Positions 10,253-17,578 of a DNA stretch of 64,000 nucleotides are shown in pieces (the first letter of the stretch is position 1; each line of letters begins with the position of its first letter). Under the pieces are notes generated by a model, which was not told the origin of the DNA, did no database searches, and saw nothing but the letters and a program-made list of their open reading frames with translations. The translations under genes and the position numbers were made by a program. Origin of the DNA: a virus; the IMG/VR virus record IMGVR_UViG_3300045988_135688; one strand, 5' to 3'.

Positions 10253-10594
10253 ATGGCTGTAGAAGAAAACAAAGTAACACTCGTTGGCGTAAATTCAGCC
10301 AGCGTAACATTCAGCAATGAAGCTAATGTGGGAAAACAATACAAGGTGAACGCGAATGTAAATGTATCAAACGGTAAAACAATTGATTCATTTGATGGCG
10401 GAGAGGTGAAATCGCTTGAATCAGAGAACCAACTCGCCACATTCTATTTCAATCAGAACGGTGGTATAGCAATCAACTACAATGACCACCCTGAACTGGA
10501 TACCCAAATCGCTATCATTACTATCATCAACTCTTTCGTAACCGATGTGACAAAATATATCAATACGAAAGGAATCTCATCAGTTTCAATTTAA
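10253..10594 (+). CDS. Hypothetical protein (113 aa)
   Basis: ORF track; own promoter box. First gene of a plus-strand insert inside the minus-strand tail operon. No recognisable motif. Confidence 0.6.
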   Translation: MAVEENKVTLVGVNSASVTFSNEANVGKQYKVNANVNVSNGKTIDSFDGGEVKSLESENQLATFYFNQNGGIAINYNDHPELDTQIAIITIINSFVTDVTKYINTKGISSVSI

Positions 10595-10608
10595 AACAGC
10601 AATAAAAA

Positions 10609-11145
10609 ATGACAAACCAAGAAATGTTTTTAAAGAGATTAACTCTCTTGAATATTCCTCTATCGCTAGAAGGAAAGGAACTTCCATCAGATTTGAAAGC
10701 AAAGATTATGCTTATGCGTGTATCTTACGACAAAGCTGCAAAAGCATTCGATGATGATATGCAACAGGTTCTTAAAGAAATAAAGAAGGAAGGATATGAC
10801 GAGCGCGCACAGAAAATCAATCGCATGAAAGAGATTGACGGTAAGGAAGATGCAACAAAAGAGGAAAAGAAAGAAGCGGATGAAATCAGAAAGACAGAAG
10901 AAGATTTCAACAAGGAAACAGAAGAACTGAACAAGGCATACTCCGAAGCATACCAAGAGAAAATGAAAGAGGAATGTGATATGAAGCCTAGATACTTCGC
11001 CTTTGAAGGATTCACTAAAATAATTGAACTCATTGGTACTGACGGTGCAATCAAGGTGAAATGGAACTCTCCCGAAGCATTGGAAATACCAAAGGAGGAA
11101 TTCATCTCGCTTATCGCAACAAACTTGGTAGATAACCTCGAATAA
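10609..11145 (+). CDS. Hypothetical Lys/Glu-rich coiled-coil protein (178 aa)
   Basis: ORF track; 14 nt after the previous ORF. Antisense ORFs in the same span look like low-complexity shadows. Confidence 0.6.
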   Translation: MTNQEMFLKRLTLLNIPLSLEGKELPSDLKAKIMLMRVSYDKAAKAFDDDMQQVLKEIKKEGYDERAQKINRMKEIDGKEDATKEEKKEADEIRKTEEDFNKETEELNKAYSEAYQEKMKEECDMKPRYFAFEGFTKIIELIGTDGAIKVKWNSPEALEIPKEEFISLIATNLVDNLE

Positions 11146-11173
11146 TATATAAGATATTAAAGTTTACTGTATA

Positions 11174-11392
11174 TTTTATATATGCTTCATTTGGAGTCAG
11201 GTTATTAGCCTAAGCACTTTGAGTGCTACGTTGGATGAGAATGATATATAGTTACCTACGGATGTTTACCCAAGTCTGTAGCTCTAAGTTAAGTGGTTAA
11301 AAGGAGTAGCGTATTCGGTGAAACGGTGCTGCTTATGAAAACCTCATCCAACATTGGCGATGGGTATTTAACGGGAGTAATCCCGACTTATG
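11174..11392 (+). ncRNA. Orphan IscB-type omega-RNA (HEARO-like) paralogue: ~20-nt candidate guide plus ~200-nt scaffold, no adjacent iscB
   Basis: ORF-free gap. Colinear blocks shared with the iscB leader (32131-32340 minus strand): AGTCAG start, GAGAAT..ATATAGTTACC, GAAAACCTC, CGATGnGnATTTAACGG, AATCC(C)GACTTAT. The 10-bp helix 11230-11239/11343-11352 is kept by compensatory substitutions relative to the iscB copy. GTAA tetraloop hairpin at 11372-11385. Confidence 0.6.
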
Positions 11393-11545
11393 TTGAATAA
11401 ACATTAATTTAAAAGACAATGGAAGCAACAAGAAAGATGTTTCTTATAAGAAATTGAAATATATTTCATATGGGTTGATTGATGTGACGAATAAATGAAT
11501 TTCAGATTTATAATATGATTTAATGTTTTTAACAATAAAACGCAC

Positions 11546-12022
11546 ATGAATAAGCCGTTTTCTATATTGCTATTTTTTTTGTTACTGTCGTGTTCTTGTT
11601 CACGCAAGCTACTTCCATCTTCGACAAATACAACCATAGTAGACCACAACACGACAGTAACGGAAAGAGTAGTATGGCAATCAAAAATAATAACTCTTCC
11701 AACAGAACACATACAACATACAACATTTGAAGATAGTTCACACTTGGAAACATCATTAGCCGTATCAGACGCTAAAATAATGTCGGATGGCAGGCTTTTT
11801 CATAGTTTGAAAAACAAGAAAGACTTTCTACAAGACAGCATCCCATCCTTGGAAAAAGAAACGGTAGTGACGAAAGATTCGATAATAACCGTGGAGAAAA
11901 TTGTAGAAGTAAAGGTAGAAAAGGAATTGTCTAAATGGCAAAAAATACTAATCAATCTTGGATACATAGGTATCGGTTTCATATTGTTTTCAGGTTACAA
12001 AATAGCCCGAAAGTTCGTGTAA
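11546..12022 (+). CDS. Lipoprotein with C-terminal transmembrane anchor (unimolecular-spanin-like topology)
   Basis: N-terminus MNKPFSILLFFLLLSCSC (signal peptide plus lipobox Cys). C-terminal hydrophobic helix ILINLGYIGIGFILFSGY followed by KIARKFV. Confidence 0.6.
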   Translation: MNKPFSILLFFLLLSCSCSRKLLPSSTNTTIVDHNTTVTERVVWQSKIITLPTEHIQHTTFEDSSHLETSLAVSDAKIMSDGRLFHSLKNKKDFLQDSIPSLEKETVVTKDSIITVEKIVEVKVEKELSKWQKILINLGYIGIGFILFSGYKIARKFV

Positions 12023-12056
12023 CTTTCGGGCTTATTTTATTGGGGATTGATAAAAT

Positions 12057-13136
12057 TTATGGAGCGTAATCTTCAACCATATTATAGGTGGTATTTACCC
12101 TTGTGGCTCTTGCTGCAATATAATAATCATAAGAAAAATCTCTACTAACATTAAAGGAATACATAGATGATCTATATGTTCCTTTTGCCGGAACCTGTGC
12201 AGTAAGTCCTGTAAGTAATGAACCAGCATTTTCTCCAGCTTCTGGAACTGTTCTTGTCCTCATTAACACAAGAACTATACCACGTATAGTAACAGATGAC
12301 CCACTATTATTTGTTATAATGAAGTTGTATGTAATTTGGTTATTAGAAGAGTTCCATGTACCAAATGCTTCTATTACGTATAGAGATCCAGCTGCATGAA
12401 TAGTCATTGTTTTTGGTGTTACTGGAATAGGTATGTATATTCCTTGTTTTAATTCATCATCTACTCCTATTTTATTAGATGACAAGAAAAAAGCTACTTT
12501 CCATTTACCTACATAACTACCTATATTTAATAACCTTATAGATACTGAATCAGTAAACATACTTTCAGATGTTACTAAAATGTATCTAGTATTTTGTAAA
12601 AGTCCTACCCCTGCATACATTTCAGAAAATGGAGTTCCTTGATAGCTTAAATAGGATAGCAAAATGTTATCATCAGTATTTGTTGTCTGTTCAAGTTGTA
12701 TTTCTAGATTATTAGATGTGTCCAAATATACATCTGATGGAACGTCATCTCCAAAAGGAACTATAGCATTATGATTATATCCGTTGAAATCCAATATCCG
12801 ATAAGGTGCTGAATCTCCACCAGTAGGAGCATTATATCCCCAGTCTACACCATCAAAAAGGTCTTTTAGAAATCCGCTATTAAGCGTTCCTGGTGACATG
12901 TATCCCACTACACTTAGACCACATAAACCATCATTAGCTTTCCAATAATCAGAACGATAATCTAAGTATGGTTGCCTCACAGGTTTATATTTACTCCATT
13001 TATTTATTTTCCCATGCGTATTTGCACACGCATATCCCAAATCATAACCATCACTAGTAGGACCGATACCTAGAGTAGGATATACATCACTATCCAATCC
13101 GACAGGTGCGGTGATTTTACCGTTAGAGTGACCCAT
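12057..13136 (-). CDS. Cassette A large protein (359 aa); N-terminus paralogous to 29614-30624, C-terminus unrelated; putative receptor-binding / tail accessory protein
   Basis: MGHSNGKITAPVGLDSDVYPTLGIGPTSDGYDLGYAC aligns with MGHSNGKITAPINLGGDVYPTLGIGATSNGYDLGYAC of cassette B. The first 32 nt are identical in both copies. Function inferred from location in the tail operon. Confidence 0.7.
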   Translation of the reverse strand: MGHSNGKITAPVGLDSDVYPTLGIGPTSDGYDLGYACANTHGKINKWSKYKPVRQPYLDYRSDYWKANDGLCGLSVVGYMSPGTLNSGFLKDLFDGVDWGYNAPTGGDSAPYRILDFNGYNHNAIVPFGDDVPSDVYLDTSNNLEIQLEQTTNTDDNILLSYLSYQGTPFSEMYAGVGLLQNTRYILVTSESMFTDSVSIRLLNIGSYVGKWKVAFFLSSNKIGVDDELKQGIYIPIPVTPKTMTIHAAGSLYVIEAFGTWNSSNNQITYNFIITNNSGSSVTIRGIVLVLMRTRTVPEAGENAGSLLTGLTAQVPAKGTYRSSMYSFNVSRDFSYDYYIAARATRVNTTYNMVEDYAP

Positions 13137-13280
13137 AGACTACACCTCCACAAATTTATTGCAGACGATATTGCCGCCCATTGTCAAACTACCCGTCACA
13201 CGTACATCACCATCAATAATGACAGCTTGTGACAAATCAAACTCTTCTGGTACCTCACTACCATCTAAGGCTATTATCTC

Positions 13281-13356
13281 ATAAAGCCCCTCTGTCGGGC
13301 TAAAGCCCCTCTGTCGGGCTAAAGCCCCTCTGTCGGGCTAAAGCCCCTCTGTGCTC
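13281..13356. repeat. 19-nt tandem repeat x4 (minus strand unit GACAGAGGGGCTTTAGCCC)
   Basis: aaagcccctctgt recurs at 13283, 13302, 13321 and 13340 (period 19). Each junction forms GGGC-TTTA-GCCC. Confidence 0.9.
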
Positions 13357-13389
13357 CCTCGCTTCGCTTCGGTCGCACACCAAATTTCC
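13349..13389. other. 41-nt GC-rich box, identical to 30825-30865
   Basis: ctgtgctccctcgcttcgcttcggtcgcacaccaaatttcc is identical in both cassettes while the flanks have diverged. Contains TGTGC/GCACA closing arms and a GCGAAGC motif. Confidence 0.85.
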
Positions 13390-13402
13390 AGTAATAAACA
13401 AA

Positions 13403-13807
13403 CTAATCTTCATAATTATTATTTTTTAAATATTTTGTAACACTATTCATTACGCATTCTACACACCATCCTAAAAGATATGCAAAATGCTCGTCTTGTC
13501 CATTTTTATAACCCATAGAAATATCGCAATAGTCAAACACATCACAAACATAATGAGTTGATTCGTGAGCTACAGTATTTATTTTTAGACCATCATTTGA
13601 TAGCCAAATAAGTACACCTAAATTATTTGTACTTTTCTCTCTTACATTGATAGTCAAGCCATAACAGCGTTCAATTTCATCTTTAGATATATCTATCGGG
13701 TCATGATTGTGGTTGGTAAATTTTCTATTGATTTTTTTCCATTGGTCATTCCCCACTGCAACATACAGTTTAAGGGGATATATTTTAGGATCATATTTTG
13801 TTATCAT
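13403..13807 (-). CDS. Small putative zinc metallopeptidase (HExxH)
   Basis: 134-aa ORF with VAHESTHYV (HExxH). Its stop overlaps the start of small ORF A. Confidence 0.6.
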   Translation of the reverse strand: MITKYDPKIYPLKLYVAVGNDQWKKINRKFTNHNHDPIDISKDEIERCYGLTINVREKSTNNLGVLIWLSNDGLKINTVAHESTHYVCDVFDYCDISMGYKNGQDEHFAYLLGWCVECVMNSVTKYLKNNNYED

Positions 13808-14049
13808 CGCAAAACGTCTTTTAATAATATATCAGGATGTTCTTCTTTAGGTTTATACTCTTTGAATCTATATATAAAGCCACTTGCATCTTTATTAGCT
13901 TCCTTATATAAATCTTCTGTAAGAGAAGCCTTGTACAACTTCATTTTCTCTTCAAAATGATAATCAAGTTTAGGCTGGTCCATTATTACTGCCTGTATAT
14001 AACTCCATGAATATTTCCATAGCAAAGCCCAGTCCTTGATTATCATCAA
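13804..14049 (-). CDS. Hypothetical protein (81 aa)
   Basis: ORF track; ATGA-type overlap with the downstream gene; same strand as the operon. Confidence 0.55.
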   Translation of the reverse strand: MMIIKDWALLWKYSWSYIQAVIMDQPKLDYHFEEKMKLYKASLTEDLYKEANKDASGFIYRFKEYKPKEEHPDILLKDVLR

Positions 14050-14063
14050 TCCTCCGAATAGCC

Positions 14064-14603
14064 TTAAATCTCCTCTGAATTGGGGGAAATCTTTTTGGAT
14101 AGATCCTCGTGAGCCGATTTTGCATCGAGAGATAATTTCATGGCATCCTTCTTGCTTAATGTCGCTGTCGTATCTATCAAGAACGCTAAACGGATTGTAT
14201 TTGTAAAAAAATCACTTACATTAGCCCCCTCCACGATGGCTTCTATCAACGGAGTTAGTTCCTTATGGTCATAGTGCCTGCTTAACCACCAAGCGTATAT
14301 ACGCCTTGCAAAAGGAATTATCTCAAAAAACCAATAGTTATTCAATACTCCTGCCGCTGCAACTTTGTACGGAATAGATGCGTCATTTTTCATAATTGCA
14401 ATCATTTCCTTTTTCGCTGTATCTGGGTTGATAATGTCACGTATCAACAGCTTGTCTACAATATAATCGTATGCGCCTAGTCTAAGACCACGCACCTTGA
14501 ATTTCTTATTGCCAACCATAACCTCTTTGTATTTATGAGTGGCAAACTTCTGCATCTTTATCTGATCATCTAAGTCAGGTTGCTTCCAGTTGAATATTCC
14601 CAT
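14064..14603 (-). CDS. Hypothetical protein (179 aa), tail-chaperone position
   Basis: ORF track; follows 14606-15118 with a 2-nt gap. No motif recognised. Confidence 0.6.
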   Translation of the reverse strand: MGIFNWKQPDLDDQIKMQKFATHKYKEVMVGNKKFKVRGLRLGAYDYIVDKLLIRDIINPDTAKKEMIAIMKNDASIPYKVAAAGVLNNYWFFEIIPFARRIYAWWLSRHYDHKELTPLIEAIVEGANVSDFFTNTIRLAFLIDTTATLSKKDAMKLSLDAKSAHEDLSKKISPNSEEI

Positions 14604-14605
14604 TT

Positions 14606-15118
14606 TTAAACTAACTTGAACGGTTTAATCATTAATTTTCCTTTCACATCTACCTTTGATATGTTCTTTGGAGTATTTGTATAAACGAATACCCTTGTAT
14701 ATTTAGACGATACAATATCAAGTTTGGCATCGTCAATCAAAGAAACATGAACTATGCTGTTATCAAGCGCAACAAGACTTACACGGCTGTTATCCTTGAC
14801 ATACATTTCTCCTATACCGAAATCGTTGAATGTGACAACACAATCACACGAACCATTAAAAATAGACCATTTAGGATTGCTTATGAACAGGTTTGTATCA
14901 TCAACGAAGATATTAAACTTCTCCCTAACTCCTGCAAATTCCTTTTTGATTATTTCATTTGACGGGTATCTGTTAAGCAGGCAGAAGTCAATACCTCTGA
15001 TATATTTCTCGCATAATTCATATTTATCAGGTTCTCCCCATTCATTTGTCCATTCATTACACAGCCCAAGATTTATAGCTTGCGACTTCAATTTTTCAGA
15101 TAATTCCTTATCGTTCAT
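14606..15118 (-). CDS. Hypothetical protein (170 aa from MNDKELSEKL)
   Basis: ORF track 14606-15187. The upstream 23 codons are A/T-rich leader overlapping the terminator, so I prefer the ATG at 15118. Confidence 0.6.
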   Translation of the reverse strand: MNDKELSEKLKSQAINLGLCNEWTNEWGEPDKYELCEKYIRGIDFCLLNRYPSNEIIKKEFAGVREKFNIFVDDTNLFISNPKWSIFNGSCDCVVTFNDFGIGEMYVKDNSRVSLVALDNSIVHVSLIDDAKLDIVSSKYTRVFVYTNTPKNISKVDVKGKLMIKPFKLV

Positions 15119-15175
15119 TATGTTTCTTTTTATTGCAAAAATACAATAAAAGTTAATTCGAATAAAAAAGAAACA

Positions 15176-15212
15176 GTTAAAAAACAATAAAAGCCGGACA
15201 AAACGCCCGGCT
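15176..15212 (-). terminator. Intrinsic terminator after major tail gene
   Basis: Minus strand AGCCGG-GCGTTTTGT-CCGGCT followed by TTTTATTGTTTTTT. Confidence 0.7.
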
Positions 15213-15234
15213 AATAATTCATCACTCGTCTACA

Positions 15235-15843
15235 TCAACCGAGACTCGAATTGTCAAGTTCGAGAACCATCATGGTTTTCAAATACTGAGTGTTAACTTC
15301 CAATGCTGTCACAGTAACGGAGAATCCAAGGTATCCTGCGTTACTTGGAGCACCTGTGAAGCTGACAGCCCATGATGCCTTCGGGAAGAAGATCATACGA
15401 TCACCAGTACCGTTGATAATACCGATAGGACGTACAAACTGCTTGAATGCACTTGCACCAAATGCTTTCAATTTTTGAGTAGCACCTTTTCCGAAAGCGT
15501 CTTGTGTGTCAGTCAGAGAATCCAAATTCAATTCAGGAGTTGTATCACCAGTAGTAAAGAATGCAAATGCAGCCTTAGAGGTAGACATACCTGTAAAGGT
15601 AAATGCCATAGTACCTGGTGTGATATTTTGGAATACGGTAGCACCCTGTTCGTTCTTTGTTTCAGAAGTATCAGCGTCAGTACCAGAAGATTCCGTAGTA
15701 CCAGACTCAATATTTGGAAGAATCTTCGGATTCTTAAAACTTGAATATTGAGTACTATCGGTGATTTCAATCGCATCAAATGTCAAAGCAGCCGACTGCC
15801 CGTTCAAGTAAGCAGGGCTAGTGTCTAAATTTACTCGTGCCAT
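15235..15843 (-). CDS. Putative major tail protein (202 aa from MARVNLD)
   Basis: ORF track 15235-15957. Start moved to 15843 to avoid overlap with the upstream gene. Position after the head-tail genes and the strong terminator right after it suggest an abundant structural protein. Confidence 0.55.
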   Translation of the reverse strand: MARVNLDTSPAYLNGQSAALTFDAIEITDSTQYSSFKNPKILPNIESGTTESSGTDADTSETKNEQGATVFQNITPGTMAFTFTGMSTSKAAFAFFTTGDTTPELNLDSLTDTQDAFGKGATQKLKAFGASAFKQFVRPIGIINGTGDRMIFFPKASWAVSFTGAPSNAGYLGFSVTVTALEVNTQYLKTMMVLELDNSSLG

Positions 15844-15934
15844 TCTATTTTCTGTATTTAAAAAGTTATTGTTAATTGTTGAAAACGTATCTACCGATGC
15901 GCCTCCACTGTTTTTTCTCACGTTTCTCATGCAG

Positions 15935-16348
15935 CTAATCCTTTGAAATATCAACATTCAACAGGACGGACATATAATAGAACCCAACCCCGTCAAACAT
16001 TGGTGGTAAAACATTAAATATCTCGAAATGAAGCTGCACAGTCTTTTGCGGGAACAGTTCTACCATTTTCTCACTCAACGCATCCATGACAGACGGATAT
16101 ACGTTCCCGGGCAATGCCCTTACAAACAGAGTAACCGTAGCCATCGTTTCGCCTTTCCCGAAGTGACCGTAGGGGCCGCTCTCGGTATTGCTGACAATTC
16201 TTGTATTGTTGTTTACGACAATAAAACTAGTTACCTTATCATCAACACTTGCAGGACGCTGCACCTTATATACATCGTCAGCAATCTTCTTGTCCAATAC
16301 AATATTGTACAAGGTGGTATTTATTGTTGAAGGATTAAAGTAGCCCAT
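15935..16348 (-). CDS. Hypothetical head-tail joining / tail completion-position protein
   Basis: 137-aa ORF immediately upstream of the major tail gene; call from gene order only. Confidence 0.5.
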   Translation of the reverse strand: MGYFNPSTINTTLYNIVLDKKIADDVYKVQRPASVDDKVTSFIVVNNNTRIVSNTESGPYGHFGKGETMATVTLFVRALPGNVYPSVMDALSEKMVELFPQKTVQLHFEIFNVLPPMFDGVGFYYMSVLLNVDISKD

Positions 16349-16352
16349 AACT

Positions 16353-16856
16353 TCACTTAAAATATTTGTTTAACATATTAGCTGCAATTTTCTTAAAAAC
16401 CACAGTATATTTACCCCCTTTTAAATCTGTCTTTGTCTTAATCCAAGAATCTGAAAGAACGTTCAACAGGTGATAGTTCTCAACATACTTGGCATAATAC
16501 ATGACAGCAGCGACAACCAGTTCATATTTTTCAGAACCATCGGATTTATAACTGTTGAAGAAATCTTCGGCAAGTTCACGCCCCCAATACTCGACATTGT
16601 TACGTTTCCTAGGCTCATTTGCAACTTTTGTTGCATTTGCCCACACAATCTTCTTTAGGACCCCATCTTTGTAAATGCCACATCCATAACTATCTTCAAG
16701 ATTGAAAGTCTGATTGGTAAATCCCTCCATGTCTTTTATATCATCCATGATATTCGTGGCGATATCTTCCATGAACTGCATGATAGAAGCATCCAAAGCA
16801 AGCTGGACATTACTACCAAACTCTTTCAATACTTTATCGTTGTTATTTGCCTGCAT
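16353..16856 (-). CDS. Hypothetical head-tail protein (HK97 gp10-like by position)
   Basis: 167-aa ORF in the connector region; weak resemblance only. Confidence 0.45.
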   Translation of the reverse strand: MQANNNDKVLKEFGSNVQLALDASIMQFMEDIATNIMDDIKDMEGFTNQTFNLEDSYGCGIYKDGVLKKIVWANATKVANEPRKRNNVEYWGRELAEDFFNSYKSDGSEKYELVVAAVMYYAKYVENYHLLNVLSDSWIKTKTDLKGGKYTVVFKKIAANMLNKYFK

Positions 16857-17217
16857 TTTTTGTACTTGTCTTTCTTGTTACTGGTTTACTCAGTTTATCA
16901 ATCTGCTTTTTTAATGAATCTCGATCATCTTTTGCGCATTTCAACTCGTTTTTGATTTTGTTCATCTCATTATAAAGCTCCTGTATCTTCTGATAAGCAT
17001 CATGAAGAGATTGCTGATAACTCAATATTTCTTCCTGTGCCTTTTTCAACTGATCACCCTGAATAGCAAACCCTTTTTCAAGATTGTCCAAGGTAGAAGA
17101 ATCAATTTCAGTTTCCATTTTTTCCTTCTTCTGCTTAAACAGTAATATTGAAGTTAGAAGGGTTATACCATTAGTACCCAACAAAGCAAGTATTATTTCC
17201 GTCCAATTGATTGTCAT
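16843..17217 (-). CDS. Membrane-anchored coiled-coil protein (124 aa)
   Basis: N-terminal TM helix (EIILALLGTNGITLLTSILLF), then a heptad-rich K/E/Q region. Confidence 0.55.
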   Translation of the reverse strand: MTINWTEIILALLGTNGITLLTSILLFKQKKEKMETEIDSSTLDNLEKGFAIQGDQLKKAQEEILSYQQSLHDAYQKIQELYNEMNKIKNELKCAKDDRDSLKKQIDKLSKPVTRKTSTKNAGK

Positions 17218-17223
17218 AGTATT

Positions 17224-17577
17224 CTAGTTTTCTATTTGGTTAAAGTATATTACCGTACCAAATTCCATATTGTTAAATGGAGGTTTCTTTATCTCACGCC
17301 AGCTATTGCTGTTGTCCGAAAACGGATGGTTGAAATTCTGCCAATCCAACAGACACCCGGAAGGTATGGTTACATCGTTATCTTCTAGGTAGGCAGCATA
17401 TTCGGACTTGTCAACATCATTCGTTTCCGAACCAGTATCCTTTTCCTGTATGTTTGCCCTTCCTTCGTATATCATCTCCCAATACGGGGTGGTCTGATAT
17501 TTATCCGAACTGTTCTTGTTCTGATAAATTCTCACCATATCAGGAAACATATCCTCACCTAAAATACTCTTTCCCAT
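17224..17577 (-). CDS. Hypothetical head-tail connector-region protein (117 aa)
   Basis: ORF track; operon context. Confidence 0.55.
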   Translation of the reverse strand: MGKSILGEDMFPDMVRIYQNKNSSDKYQTTPYWEMIYEGRANIQEKDTGSETNDVDKSEYAAYLEDNDVTIPSGCLLDWQNFNHPFSDNSNSWREIKKPPFNNMEFGTVIYFNQIEN

Positions 17578-17578
17578 A

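Larger units (their letters stand above)
13141..13413 (-). pseudogene. Cassette A small beta-helix-like ORF, frame-broken inside a 19-nt tandem array
   Basis: From ATG ~13413 the reading MKISLFITGNLVCDRSEAREHRG... hits TAG in the third repeat unit. The C-terminal part (YEIIALDGSEVPEEFDLSQAVIIDGDVRVTGSLTMGGNIVCNKFVEV) is in another frame and is homologous to intact ORF 30611-30889. Confidence 0.6.

Noticed and set aside
11146-11545. Riboswitch, tmRNA, group I intron or tRNA-like element in the ORF-free gap
   Set aside because: No diagnostic motif of those classes was recognised. The colinear similarity and covariation with the iscB leader explain the structure better.
11404-11982. Minus-strand ORFs 11404-11712, 11562-11756, 11800-11982
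   Set aside because: They are antisense to the lipoprotein gene or lie in its AT-rich leader, and their composition is implausible.
13281-13356. 19-nt arrays (also 30776-30832) as mini CRISPR arrays
   Set aside because: The units are directly tandem with no spacers, there are only 3-4 copies, they lie inside an ORF, and no cas genes are present.
13349-13389. The 41-nt GC-rich box as the target of either candidate omega-RNA guide
   Set aside because: Neither ...GGAGTGGTTATAGCATA nor ...TATATGCTTCATTTGG is complementary to the box or its flanks.
12057-13413. Diversity-generating retroelement targeting the variable C-termini of the cassette proteins
   Set aside because: There is no reverse transcriptase anywhere in the window and no template/variable repeat pair. 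The two C-termini are unrelated rather than point-diversified.
14598-14612. Programmed -1 frameshift (G/GT-type) between 14606-15118 and 14064-14603
   Set aside because: The ORFs are separated by stop-AA-ATG with no overlap and no slippery heptamer, so they are simply adjacent genes.
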